Assembly: GCF_001194135.2 (NCBI RefSeq)
Contig: NC_069003.1
Span: 30,551,885-30,606,829, forward strand
DNA length: 54,945 nt
DNA from: Octopus bimaculoides
Taxonomy: Eukaryota
Direction: 5' to 3'
Every line of letters begins with the position of its first letter. Position 1 is the stretch's first letter. The notes beneath the pieces were generated by a model that was not told the origin of the DNA, did no database searches, and saw nothing but the letters and a program-made list of their open reading frames with translations. Made by a program: the position numbers and the translations under genes. Below, in pieces: positions 25,684-40,006 of this stretch.

Positions 25684-26846
25684 TGTGTGTGTCTGTAAAA
25701 TGCGCCTACCATTTTACGGGATGGCCTGGGTGCTCTTCATGTGGCAGCAGCACCAGTATATATATTACACACACATGTATATTGTTGATGTTATGAGAAG
25801 AATTTTTTCACATTCTCACCAAGTTTATAAATCTTTATGACGTCAACAACCTACAATTCTCACTGGTAAAAGAAAAGTTTCCAGAATGGATAAAGAAATT
25901 CAAAGGGTTGCTTTGGTCCATTGGTAAGAACATCTGACATGTCTACACAAGATGTAGGTTCAAGTCCCATGAGCAGCCTTTGACTTTTTCTGACCAAAGG
26001 GTTTTTTTTAACCCTATATTTACATACTATTATTTATAGCTTCATCTGCTTCAAGATACACCATTCCAAAAAAGAATTATTTAATACACACACACACACA
26101 CAAGCATACAAACCTTAGGAGTCAGTTGGCAACTCAGTCCACTGCCAGTCAGAGATTTATGCAACATGTTTTCAATCAGGCAACCTCGTTGTCATCAGAT
26201 GGAATACAATTTCTGTGAGTCTCTGCTAAATAGGACTCAAATGAGTCGGCAACCAACTGCAATTAAGAATCAACTTTGTATCGTGTATCAAGTATCTTTT
26301 CTTTTTTTCATTTTGTTTGTAAAGAAAAATGTATATTTTACTTAAAGTGGATATCCGTTAGAAAGCCATAAAACTGGAGTATTTATCTCAAGAAAGCAAG
26401 CTTGTATAAACATATATAGTACTAAAAGCACAGAGTTATATCAGTTGCAGACAAAAAAAGTGTCTGGGGCATCTATGGAAATGGTAGAATTGTTACAAGT
26501 GTCAGTGCTGTTGCTAGACACTCTTTGTCTGCCACTAATAGAATTTTGTACTTTTTAGCACTATATGTCAAGTGATGGAGACCTTTAGTGATATACTGTA
26601 CTTGAGAAGACCTGTCTCGCCATGCAAGATCATTGCTGTGACTAATGGCAGTGTAACACAACTGGCACTTGTGCCGATGGCATGTAAAAGGCACTCGTTA
26701 TGCTCTTGGAATGTATACAAGATGCTTTCTCACAACGAATACTACAGCTTTATGGCTTTCTACAGAATATCCACATTAAGTAAGATATGCAGAATGCTTA
26801 TTCTGTATTGATAGTGATTTCTGTTGCTAATAATGAACTCTTATGA

Positions 26847-26877
<31 letters not shown>

Positions 26878-27398
26878 CAAACATATATATATATATAAAT
26901 TTAATGAATGGAGTAAAACGCATATTTTAACTGCATACTTTTATTTATATATATACTTGTGCATGTGTATTTATGTGTATGTGTGTGATAGTAAACTTTC
27001 TCTTCGTTAGTTCATTGAAAGTGATAAGAGGAAATAATTAAAAAATGATGATTTTCATATATATTTTTTTAATCCTTTTCTTGTGGTATTGATTTGCAGC
27101 AAAAACAACAACAACTACAATAATGATAATATANNNNNNNNNNNNNNNNNNNNNNNNNNNNNNNNNNNNNNNNNNNNNNNTTTTGCTTGTCCTGTACTGA
27201 CCAATTGTCCTCTTATTATTCCTCTTCCATTTGTGTTCGTGTCTGCCCGTTTTTTTCTGTTTGTATATACTCTTCTCGTTGTGCCGCCAAGGGCTGCTGC
27301 TGCTACTACTACTACTACTATCTCTTAAAAAAAAAAACAAAAAAAAAAACAGCCTCCTCGCATTTCTTGACTGAAATGAAACCAACGTTGTTTTGTAG

Positions 27399-27434
27399 AT
27401 GTCCGAGTAGACTCCGATCACTTCCCTATAGTGG
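27399..27434 (+). CDS. eya: Candidate 36-nt symmetric (phase 1/1) Eya exon, (N)VRVDSDHFPIV(G)
   Basis: Acceptor ccaacgttgttttgtag|AT and donor TGG|gtgaat. Open in the required phase and frame-preserving. The peptide is not recognisably conserved. Confidence 0.5.
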
Positions 27435-27779
27435 GTGAATTTAAAGGGATGTTGGTCGCAGAGGAATCAGAGATTGAAAATCATCCCATCAATGGTAAAT
27501 ATGGACCAAATAAATCATAATAATAATAACAATTATAAGCTGTTGTGACTCCTTCCCTCTCTTCTTTTTCCTTTTGCGCGCACCCCTGATTTCATATATA
27601 TATGTTTTATATATATATGTATATATACACACACATATGTATATGTGTGTGTATATATTAAATAAAGCATGTATGTGTAATGGCATAATCATAATTTATA
27701 TATATATATATGTATATGTTTTATGTATATATATGTATGTGTTTTATATATATATATATTCATATATGTATGTGTATGT

Positions 27780-27823
<44 letters not shown>

Positions 27824-29198
27824 CATGTATGTGTAATGGCATTATTGTAATTTTTTTGTGTTAAATTCATGTGGAGCCTACTAGCGAAAATAATGATCAG
27901 GTTTCAACATATATATATATATACACACTGTTGATTAACCCATTTGAGATGCACGGTATTTAGGTATGTGTAGTCAAAAAGACCAAAATGTTTTTTTTCT
28001 TTTGATATTAGAAATTGATGGGTGCTTGTAGGGAAGAATGGATAAAGTACCTAGAGCTACTTTATTAGTGTGTAAAACTATATATATTATAGAAAGAAAT
28101 AAGATAATTTATTTTCAAATGCAGAGATGCCGTTAGAACAGCAGAAACATTGGGTAAATTACCCTTAGAAAGCAGAAAAATTTGTCAACAAACAGCCATG
28201 GGACAAGAACCTATATCTCTTGAAAACTCTGGCCAAGTGCTTTACTATCAAGCTAAACTGACCGCCAACAAATCAATCTGCTTTTTAGATGCTTTTAAAA
28301 TTAAATAGGTATATATCTGCTGAAAGATGATCTCTGATTGGCTATTACACTTCAAAACGTTTGTTTCATTGGGCTGATGGATCGGCCTCAAAGTCCTTTC
28401 AGTTTGTATCATTTGAGCCGATCAATTAGCCTGGATGTCCCAAGAAGGTTAGTAAATGTTTATATCTGCATACCCTTAATTTGTTACAGAGGCATGGGGT
28501 TTCGAATTTGCAGAGATAACTGGCTAGGCGCAGACATGGCTGCTTGTTTGAGAAGGTCACTTCCCAACCTATATGGTTTCAGTTTCAATCTGACTCCGTT
28601 GAATATTGGAATCAGACACTGCTTGTGTGACAGTGACATTTGCTTACGACTATATCACAACGTCAAGACCATCACTCAGTAATACACATACCTCTATATA
28701 TATATGATAGGCTTCTTTCAGTTTCTATTTCCCAAATCCACTCACTAGGCTTTGGTCAGTCCAAGGTAATAATAGAAGATACTTGCCCAAACTGTTACGC
28801 ACAATGGGAGTGAACCTGCAACAATGTGGGTGGGAAGCAAGCTTCTTACCACACATCTACATACGCCTGTACCATCTTATAAAATATTTCAGTATTGAAT
28901 TCTGATGCAAAAAAACCTGTAAATTACAGAAGAATTACAAAACATTTATTTCATGCAAACATAACTTTATTTATATAGCCACAACCCTACATCAGAAGTT
29001 CCAACCTTTTCAGCAATGGAATGGCTGGAAATTCAGGTCAGGAAACACTAATTAGTCTCTCAACCCTTTACCAATTAACCAATTATAATATATACATTGG
29101 GTCGTTAAAATTTCTCTTCAATTCAGCTGTATATAGTTTTGTTTTTGTTAACTCTGTATGAATTTAACTTGTCAAATTATGAAAAACATGCCATATAT

Positions 29199-29282
<84 letters not shown>

Positions 29283-32200
29283 CGTGAAAGAAAATATTTA
29301 TTAAAGAAATATTCCTGTGTGATGTGAACTTTATTCAAGATGTGTATAAACAATCAGAAAATATTATATTAAGAGTTGAGACATGGTGGTGAGTGGTTGG
29401 TTTAGGATTTTTTTAAAAAAACAACTATATAGATATTTCTTTAAAACAGCCTGAAATTTCTTAGCAACTTGGCACCATAAGCACACACTCATATGCCATA
29501 TATTGTAAATTTAATTTCAGTTTCAAAGAAGACTTTTTTTTCCTTTTTTTTTTTTATATATATATTATTGTTTAAATAAAATGCTCTGTTAAAAAACACC
29601 ATCCTAGCAACAAGAACAAAACGAGCTATGTGATAAGCTGAGGGTTTTATAATATATTACTGTAATCCAGCCAAATGGTTGAGAAATTCACTTCACAGCA
29701 ATGAGGTTCCATACCATTTTGTGTATTATACTTAATGCTATCCATATTACACATGCATATAAGGATCTGTTATCTACAGATATGAAATCCCCAACTTGTG
29801 TTGTGAAATCTCTGGGATTTCACAACATAGCAAATCGGGTTTGTACAAGCTTCTCTGGAATTTTATGTTTGTCTGTGAGGCTATAGTAGAAGACACTTGC
29901 CCAAGGTGCAGTGGAGTGTGAGTGAACCCAGAAGCATGTGGTTGGGAAGCAACCTTCATGCCACACAGCCATGCTTGCATCTATTAGTTAAATAATTAAA
30001 ACACTAATTGTGAAACAAATAGAGATTGCTCTACTAAGACTACAGCTAATTAAATATGCTGTATTTGGCATAAAAGACGCAGAAGCATATTAGATGCACC
30101 CCTTAATGTAATCTTCGGGTAGAATCAGGGTGGCACTGTGTGACTGAGTTGGTCTTTTTTATTCACATCTAAATTTCACTTGCGAAATTTGGCTCAACTC
30201 TGGTCAATGCTAGAGGGTTCTGTATTTTGGTGGCATAAAAAATGCACTCTGCAGGGGAAAATGCTTTTAGTGCATCAAACCGGCCATATCTGGCCCAAAT
30301 ATTCTTCATGTTGTATGTTCGCACCAGCCAGATCCAGCCTCTCACACCTATCCAACTATGTTATTCTAAAAATAAGCAGTCACATCATTGAAACCTCAAC
30401 GCTACAAGATAATGCATGAGTAATTCAAAATGATGTGAAATGAATTTTAAAAAAAGCATTGCATTTGACAGAAGAATCTGAACGCTAAGAGGTCCAAGCT
30501 TCTGGGGATGTCTGACTTCATGTATAGGACCCATGGTTTTTTGGGGGGAGGTGGTATGGGGGATTGTGAGACATGTCATCAAATAGCAAATAAGTATCCT
30601 CCTTTGAAGACACTCGCAGGACCATCCTTGCAGACAAGAGAAAGAAGGGAGGTAAAATAGAGATACTGTAACAAGCCCCCGATCAGCCCCCCTACCTTTT
30701 CCTGTGTCCTCTGTGGTCATGCATGTTTGTCTCAAATCAGGCTCATCAGACAATCGGCTAACCTGCAGCAGGTGTAGATGTCCTTCTCTGTCAATCTTCA
30801 CTCACTAAACCAAACTATGATAGATTCTTTTTTAAAGAATAATTAATTAATAATAAACTAACCTATTATGCCAAGCTATCATCAATCTGATTATCGCGCA
30901 TATTAATTTCTTTTGTGCATTACAATTCAGTTTTAAAATATTAATTGCCCGTTATTTTATTGTGATTACGATAGTATATTTAAACATTAATTATTCATCT
31001 AAAAGGTAAAATTAGACAAATCATGAAATAAAAATATTAATTAAAATCTGATTGTTTATCATATTTTGAATTAATGAGTGTTGTGTTTTTGTTGTGTTTT
31101 TTTTTTTTAATCGTGTTCTTCTCTCTTCCTCTTCCAATTGTTTTGGGTGTTTACGTGTTGTAACATTATATATATTACATATAAAATTTGTTGTACCGAT
31201 ATTCAGCAATATGTCCGCTTTTATCTGTGTATTCATCTATCTTCCTAACATGTGTGATAACTTTACACACTTCAGACCTCATAAAGATATAATCTCAAAT
31301 CTCCTCATATAGAGTTGTAGAATTCAATGTTCAAAATTTCAGTGGGAACACAAGTCCACACGTGGCCCCAGGCCACATGTATAGACACTTTAGGTTAGTG
31401 TAATCCATAGCAGCTTGCTTTGCCATCAATTGTTGATTGTCACAGAGGATTCACTGGCCAAGACAGCCAATTATCAGAGCAGAGAAGCAGGCACAGACTT
31501 GCAATAAGAGTTCAGCTGAATGCACTCCAGATGATTGCTACCACTAGTACAAGTACTTAATCAGTGCTAAAAGTGGTCTACCACTTATTATAAACACATT
31601 GGAGCTATGACCAGTGCCTGTACATTTAGACACTTAGCTAAGCTTCAGCCAGTATCGGCCCAGGCCATTTCTAACTTAATAGCACCACCTGCAATCAATA
31701 AACAGAAAGAGTAAACAATTATATAAAACCCATTTTATACATATATATATAAAAGAAAGTAAGAAAATGGAGATATAACATTTAATAAAAATTTTTATTA
31801 AAATTTTACTAAATGTTATATATCTCCATTTTATCATTTTCTTTTAAATGATTATCAACCATGATTTATGTATAAACCTATTGTTTTATGAATATTATTA
31901 TTCACAACAAATATTAGGCATTAAACCAGTAGTTCATTCGCCATCATCATCCCTTANNNNNNNNNNNNNNNNNNNNNNNNNNNNNNNNNNNNNNNNNNNN
32001 NNNNNNNNNNNNNNNNNNNNNNNNNATACATACATACATACAACATTTCAAATGCTGTATTGCTGTGAAAACAGCAAAAAGATTGGGGAGTATTTATTAC
32101 CTTTATAAGATGAAAAAAGTTGTCATCTATCTAATAAGGGTAATAATGCCCAATTTTACTGCTGTTTTCACGGTGATACTGCATTTGAAATATTACCTTC

Positions 32201-32331
32201 TCATTTGTATACTATAAATACATATGTATGTATGTATGTATAGATACATAAGCAGATCGATAGATAGCAGAAAATCAGAAACAGGTCCATAGTGTTGATG
32301 AAGCATAAATGCACACGAATATAAACATATC

Positions 32332-32366
<35 letters not shown>

Positions 32367-32368
<2 letters not shown>

Positions 32369-32570
32369 CATCATCATCATCGTTTAACGTCCGCTTTCCA
32401 TGCTAGCATGGGTTGGACGACTTGACTGAGGACTGGTGAAACCGGATGGCAACACCAGGCTCCAATCTAAATTTGGCAGAGTTTCTACAGCTGGATGCCC
32501 TTCCTAACGCCAACCACTCAGAGAGTGTAGTAGGTGCTTTTACGTGTCACTTGCACGAAGGCCAGTCAGG

Positions 32571-32602
<32 letters not shown>

Positions 32603-32625
32603 NNNNNNNNNNATATAAACATATC

Positions 32626-32662
<37 letters not shown>

Positions 32663-32864
32663 CATCATCATCATCGTTTAACGTCCGCTTTCCATGCTAG
32701 CATGGGTTGGACGACTTGACTGAGGACTGGTGAAACCGGATGGCAACACCAGGCTCCAATCTAAATTTGGCAGAGTTTCTACAGCTGGATGCCCTTCCTA
32801 ACGCCAACCACTCAGAGAGTGTAGTAGGTGCTTTTACGTGTCACTTGCACGAAGGCCAGTCAGG

Positions 32865-32866
<2 letters not shown>
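32367..32866 (-). mobile_element. RTE-type 3' end, present twice (32367-32572 and 32662-32866) across a 10-N gap
   Basis: Identical copies including flanks; probably one locus assembled twice. Confidence 0.85.
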
Positions 32867-32907
<41 letters not shown>

Positions 32908-34337
32908 CATGTATGTATGAATTCTATTGAAGTGTTATTGTTTCTTATGTGGTGTAGTGTTGTGGGTTTGTATTGTGCTGTAAATGCTCCACTCTTTGTG
33001 TGTATGTATGTATATGTATATATTTACTGTTTAACAGTATATTACTGGTCGTAATGTACTGTTGGTTTTGCACCAACTATGGTACTTAGCAGTATTGACA
33101 GCTCTAATATTATATGAATACATACATATATTATATTTTCTGTGATAGACAGAGGGACAAAAGACAAATAGTATAATATACTGCAGGTTTTGTACAATTA
33201 TTTTGATGTGGTTTGTATTTGTATTGTGCTGATATATTTATATTGCTACTCTTTTATTATTTTTTGTTGTTGGTTTGGTGTTGTGTCTGTTGTGCTTTTT
33301 TTCTTTTTATTTATTTCTTATTGGGGTGGAGTCTGATGATTCTAAATATTCCTATATTTTTTGAACTGCTCAGTTTTCTTCTGTTTCATGACCTCTCTTA
33401 AATTTCATCTCATTAACTGTCTGTCTCTGAACCTCTGCCTATCTTATATATATATATATAGTTGGTGTGTAATGGTTAAGAAATATTTCCTGTTATTTTC
33501 CAATTGATATTTAACTCCACATTTATATTTATACACACACACTCTAAATATATTTCTATATATTCAATCATTAATATATAGATAAATTAGTTATTAGCAA
33601 CAGAAAAAGTGTTTGTAACAAATAATAATTAGTATATCTAAATTAAATTGCATGTGTTACTTGGATCAATTTCAACTGCTGTTAACGACTAGAGATATTA
33701 TCTCTGGAGCTATTGACGACATGCTAATTAAGCACTGACTTCATAGGCTGACAAAAAGCTCCCCTGCACCAGTAGATGGCACTATTGTATCATTGAGAAA
33801 TTCACTTCACAGCAATGAGGTTCCATTTTGCCCTTCCTTGCGTTCTGAGTTCAAATTCTGCCGTGGTCGACATTGCCTTTCATCCTTTTGGGGTCAATAA
33901 ATTAAGTACCAGTGAAACACTGGGGTCAATATAATCAACTAGTCCCCCACCCCCGACCCTAAATTTCGGGCCTTGTGACCCTTGCAGAAAGGATTATTAT
34001 TATTATTACATTTCACTCAGAACTGCTATTTTTAGCACTTAAAGCAACCATGTAGCAGCTCCATGTTTCCTTGTGTCCATCCCTCTGTGCAATAAGCTTC
34101 TGCTTATCTTACTGTCCCCTTTTGAGGTCTGTCTGTGCGTCTCTGTGTCTGTGTGTGTGTTTAATGATTCACTTCTCTGTCCTTCTCCTCAACCTCCTCC
34201 TCTATGTCCACATTTGTATACATTGTAAGTTATTTGTTGTTGTTGTTGTTGTATTTTGCCCTGACATTTTAGTTTATTTTAATTATCTTTATTTTATTTT
34301 GGGGTTTTTCCATTTTTTTTTTCTTTTTTATACTTGC

Positions 34338-34379
<42 letters not shown>

Positions 34380-34423
34380 TATTATTCTTGATAGCAACTG
34401 CTTCAGTTTGTTTGCTGGTTTTA

Positions 34424-34454
<31 letters not shown>

Positions 34455-34671
34455 ATCAATGTGTGTGAGTGTTGTTGTAGCTGAACGTGTGCATGTGTGT
34501 GTGTGTGTCTGTTGCTTCTGTTGTTTATTCTAGGCACGCACTTTTTAAAGTGTATGTAAAATGAAATTAAAAGGAAAATATAAAATTAGAATAACAAAAA
34601 TTGTTCAAAATAGAATAGCTTTAACATTTAGCAAGGAAAAAAAATATTACTGCATTTATGTGACGTTAAGA

Positions 34672-34704
<33 letters not shown>

Positions 34705-35170
34705 ATATATATAAACACATATATATATGTACTCACACATACATGCATTTATACACATGCACACATAAAATATGCACATACATATGCCCACGCACATATA
34801 GGCACACATATATATATACATAGATAGGTATATACACATACATATATGTAAATAGATAGATAGATATATACATACATAGATACACATACGTGTATATGTA
34901 TTAAAACATAAAGACTGAAGCTGTATTATCAATCATTGATAATGCATCTTTATTCTTTGTGTTTTTCTTCTAATATACTCAGTAATTAGTTCAAAAAATT
35001 TAATTGGTGTTCTACCTCAGATTTACAAATTGTACATGTTACAAGAAAAGAATAACACATATAGACTGCCCTTGTAGTAACTGAGCAATTTAGTTAGCCA
35101 GATTTGATTTCTACAGAGTGCTTAAAGGGCTATGTGCCTATATTTATGTAATTCCAATTTGCCTCCATTT

Positions 35171-35223
<53 letters not shown>

Positions 35224-37128
35224 TATGCATATGGATAGGTAGAGAGCTTTCTCTGTCTTTATATCCTTATATGGGCATCAACTGTTATGCTGATATACCA
35301 GAGTCCTCGTTATAAGTGATGGATATGAATTGAGTATGAGTATGTTATGTCTCCAGAGAATGTTGTTCTGTTAGAGTTATGCTGTTGACTTGAAGATGTT
35401 CAACATAGGTTGTGGGCTGTGCTTATCAGGACTAACCTTTGGACTGTGTGTAAACTTACTCTCAGCTGTTGGAATCGGTATGGTTAACTAGTCATACCTC
35501 CAAATTTCTTGCCTTGTGGCCTATATTAAAAAACAATTATTATTATTATTTTTATTATTAATAGTAGTAAGAGGAGGAGGAGTAAGGCAGTGAGCTGGCT
35601 GAATCGTTAGCATGCTGGACAAAATGCTTGGTGGCATTTCATCCATCTGTATGTTCTGAGTTCAAATTCAACTGAAGTCAACTTTGCCTTGTATCCTTTC
35701 CGGTTCCAGAAAATATGTACCAGCTGAGTCCTGGGGGGTCAATGTAATTGAGTAGCCCTCTCCCCTCAAACTTCAGGCCTTGTGCCTATAGCTGAAAGGA
35801 TTTTTATTCTTAGGAGGATTTAGGCAATGAGCTGGCAAAATCATTAGCATGCTGGACAAAAGTGCATAGCAACAATTCCATCCACCTTTACATTTGGATA
35901 TCAAATGCTACATGAGTCAACTTTATACAGAATCAGTGAATTAAAAGGACCAGTTAGAATGAACCCTAGTGTGCTTTTTATGTTTCTATTTATAATTTTT
36001 ATTATACCTAGGCATCCAGTTATTGATCCTGTTTTCATTTTCATGTTAGCATGAAAACGTTATGTGTATAGGAACACTCTCTGTCACACACACTTATCTG
36101 CTCCACATATGTGAACAGCCATGCAACATAAATCCACAAATCAGAAACACATAGTATTCATAATTGCCGTCTTTGCCTTTCCAAGAAACTGCATATACTC
36201 CAACTGACTGCTGTATTCATCAATAGGAAAACCAATCTATCATGTAGTTACCACTGAAGTAGCTCTCTGTAAATGAATTTCAAAATATTAGTCTCTGTTA
36301 ACCTGGAAATACCATTCTAGGTCTAGACAGCCCACACACTATTGCAAGGTATATCATTCCTGTTGCTCCAGTGTAATTATTTCACATTCAGCATACTAAC
36401 ACTAGGTTATATTGACTCCATCCAGCCACGCTTAACAGCCATACTGTTATGTAACTTGACACAATCACATTGATTTATCTCTCCATGTAGTAAATGTTTC
36501 TTTGAAATATCAACCCTCTATGGGAACACTGACTACCTGACACCAATATTGTGTCTACTCTGCCATGTAGAGCATAAAAACGAAAGAATTCTCTCTGTTC
36601 TGACTGTTTAAATGTGAATGTGTTCTGTTCAGGGCTGTAGAGTCGAGACAAAAAACTTCGACTCTGACTCCACAACTCTGACTCCACAGCCCTGGTTCTG
36701 CAGCTGTGAAAGATTAAGTAATGTGAGGCTAAGTCAAACTTTTATTAGATACTTACAACTCCAACTAAATCCACTCACTGCTACTTGCCTTCGTTCACCT
36801 ACTTGTATATTCATACATACAGGAGTGCTGTTATGTGGCAAGAAGTGTGTTTCAAAAGCATTTAGTTCTGGTCAGTCCCACTATGTGGTACTTTGGACAA
36901 TTGTCTTCTGCAATATCCCAGGCCAACCAAAGCCTTGTGTGAAGATTCGGTTGATAGAAACTGAAAGAAGCTCATTGTGTGTGTGTGTAACAAAACAGAA
37001 ATTTTGAAAACTTCTTTGGTATTTATTTGCCATTACACATGTTTCATTTGCCAATAGGAATTACAGGGTTTTACATGTTCGATAGATATGTATGAAATTT
37101 CATGTGGGATTCATCTTATCTACATTAT

Positions 37129-37172
<44 letters not shown>

Positions 37173-37789
37173 ACACACACTCTCTCTTATATTTGTAACT
37201 CTTTATCTTAAAGATGGTTGTAAATTAGTGTCGCAGTCATACAAGCAGTATCATTTGTTTCCAGTATTCTCCAAAAACATGTCTGGCCATGGGGAAATAT
37301 TACTTTAACTGGAAACAGGTGAGGGTTAGCAACAGGAAGAGCGTCCAGCCTCAGAAAATCTGCCTTGGTAAATTTTGACTGACCTATGCAAGCATAGATA
37401 AGTGGACATTAAAATAATGATGGCAATAACAATATATATATATGTATTCACACCAGGCATATGTATATATACACATTTTTATGAATATAAGAACTGATAT
37501 TTTAGTCACAAAATATAGTGGTCCTCAGTTTATTTTTTATATTTATATATTTATTTGTTATCATAATGCAGCATTCGGTATTACTTCAATATTGTTTGTT
37601 GTTATTGGTGTATGTGTGTGATGTTACTGTGTTGTTTATTGTCTACCATTACTCTTCTTGCGATACTTGTTTGATATCCTCCCATACCACTCGATAATAT
37701 TTTGATATGGTTCTTCATGACTATAAAGATATCCCATCTCTTGATTTGTATGTTTCATTATTGTGCAATGTGGCTTTGATATTGTTTTC

Positions 37790-38170
37790 TCATTGCTGTG
37801 ATATTAAGTATTGTCTTCTTTGCTGTGAAATATTACTTTGATATTGTTGTGATATATTACTCCCAACATTGTTGTTTGTTTTCTTGCTGTGATATCTGTT
37901 CGATATTGTTTCTATTATTGTAAGATATTACTTTGATCTTCTTGTCGTATATTACTTCCAATGTTGTTGTTGTTTTTTTTTCACTGTTGTGATATACATA
38001 TGTCTTTGATATGGTTTCCATTATTGTGAGATATCACTTTGATATTGTTGTGGTACATTACTCCCAATGTTGTTGTTTTATTACATTGCTGTGATGTGTA
38101 CATCTCTTTGATATTGTTTTCGTTATTGTGCGATATTACTTTAATGTTGTTACTCATTGCTGTGACTTTT
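37790..38170. repeat. Degenerate tandem array, ~100-bp period
   Basis: The motif tat(t/c)actttgatattgttgtg..atattactcccaa..ttgttg recurs at ~37831, 37927, 38033 and 38134. Confidence 0.7.
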
Positions 38171-38798
38171 AACCTCCAATGTTGATTTTTCATTGCTGTG
38201 CAATATCACTTTAATATTCTTTTCCTTTGCTGTGCAATATGACTCCAATACTTTAACTTGATTACAGTAGGTTATATCACTGTTGATCTTTCTTTGCAGT
38301 GTAATATCACTCTCGATATTTTTTCATCATTTTGAACTTGATTTCTTTTTTTTTTTCTATTTTTGATACTGTTTCTCCATTGTACACATAAGTCACTTTG
38401 ACAATCTCCTATTCTCCTACATGTTGCCATTACTATCTTGCTTCTCATTGGTTGCTTTTTCTCTTTCTTAATGAGATGTTGTTTATGATATATCACTTCT
38501 TGCTTTCATCTTATCTTTTGTTGCCATTTATTTCATATAAGAATTGTTTCTGTTCTCTTACATTCATGTCTGCATGGGTTGGATAGGTTTGTTTTATTTG
38601 TACATACAAAAATTAGTACATTTTTTGCATATTGCTTGGACAAGGCTTTTTACAGTTGGCTGGTTGCATACCAGTAAACCAGGCTTCAGATATAGCCTTT
38701 GTTTTAAGAGCACATTATAGTAGCAGTGTTGAGGTTTGATTTAAACTATAAATACCCTTTCCCTCCACCACCCTGCTGCTTTATCATTTACTAGTCAC

Positions 38799-39250
38799 GT
38801 GCCAGTGGAGCACTAACAGCACTGTCCAAGCGTGATCATTGCCAGAGCAGCTCTCTGGCTTCCGTGCTAGTGGCACATAAATAGCACCATTTGAGCATGA
38901 TCCTTACCAGCGTCACCTTACTGGCACTTGTGCCGGTGGCACATTAGAAAATCATTCGAGCGAGGTCGTTGCCAGTGCCTCTGGACTGGCTCCTGTGCAA
39001 GTGGCACGTAAAAAACACCATTTTGAGCGTGGCCATAGCCAGTACCGCCTGACTGGTCCTCATGCCGGTGGCATGTAAAAGCAGCCACTACACTCTCGGA
39101 GTGGTTGGCGTTAGGAAGGGCATCCAGCTGTAGAAACTCTGCCAGATCTGATTGGAGCCTGGTGCAGCTTTCTGGTTCACCAGTCCTCAGTCAAATCGTC
39201 CAACCCATGCTAGCATGGAAAGCAGACGTTAAACGATGATGATGATGATG
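38799..39250 (+). mobile_element. RTE-type LINE (or derived non-autonomous element) 3' end with internal ~65-bp tandem units and a (GAT)n tail
   Basis: Units start at 38799, 38864, 38930, 38995 and 39062. They are followed by ggagtggttggcgttaggaagggcatccagctgtag...catggaaagcagacgttaaacgatgatgatg. The same 3' UTR follows RT-like coding sequence at 50600 and 26570. Confidence 0.75.
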
Positions 39251-39937
39251 GTAGTAATTACAGGAACTATTTTGTCAGTCTGGCAAACAGCAGAGGCTGA
39301 CTTAAAGCCTTGTGTGTTGCTCAATTAGGTACCCATGCTATGGTTGTATTAACTCATTTAGAATTTCAGATTACTTTATCAAATATAATGCTTATTTAAC
39401 CACAGAGTTTCGAATTAATTATCCATTAATTCACAGCTTTCACATTACAATGATGTGAGTGTTTATTTTTAGAACTACATTGTAGGATAGGTGTGAGAGG
39501 CAGGATCTGGCCAATTTGAACATAAAACAGGTAGAATATTTGGGCCTGATATGGCCATATTAAACTGTAAAGTGTTATGGCTTGAACTTAAGGGTGTTGA
39601 TCCTTTTGTATTAATTACAGGCAAGAGAACCGAAGTCATGTAACCACCCTCATTAGCTTACAGGTGTTTCTGCTATAAGAAGCGTTGCACTCATAGCTAA
39701 GTGCTTGTGCAATACTCTATAGCTTCTTCAGAGCCATTGGTTAGCAAGCAAGCAAGCACATTTTTTTTTTCACCACACAACTGTTCTTCCACTGCTATTT
39801 ATTAACCCTGAGACACTGTAATTTGTTGCGATATCCCTTCATTGTTTCTTGGATCTTGTTCTTCCTCGTTATAACATTTCAAACTGCATCTAACCGGTAT
39901 TGTTGTTGTCATTGTTGTTTGTTTGTTGTTGTTTCAG

Positions 39938-40006
39938 GTGAAAATTCCCAAAACACATTTACAAGTCCTTCACCTCCTTTAAAAACAGAAGCAAACGGCA
40001 ATACTC
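39938..40006 (+). CDS. eya: Eya internal exon (69 nt, phase 1/1), (G)ENSQNTFTSPSPPLKTEANGNT(R)
   Basis: Branch-like ctaac at 39890-39894, acceptor gttgttgtttcag|GT, donor CTC|gtaagt. SPSPPLK corresponds to EYA SPSTPIK. Phases fit both neighbours. Confidence 0.88.

Noticed and set aside
27897-27905. MEF3/Six-type site TCAGGTTTC (and GGTATCA near 11457) as Six-Eya autoregulatory elements
   Set aside because: Motifs this short are expected by chance in 55 kb; no clustering or conservation evidence.
30741-30771. 31-nt exon-like segment (cag|GCTC...CAG|gtgtag), (G)SSDNRLTCS
   Set aside because: It would shift the Eya frame, the donor is weak, and the neighbouring exons already join in frame.
32319-32900. 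Perfect ~285-bp tandem duplication containing an RTE tail
   Set aside because: The two identical copies sit either side of a 10-N gap, the signature of unmerged overlapping contig ends. The flanks of the 42644-42653 gap show the same effect.
38799-39085. CRISPR array
   Set aside because: Eukaryotic context, no cas genes, whole units are homologous (no unique spacers), and the array is embedded in a retroelement 3' end.
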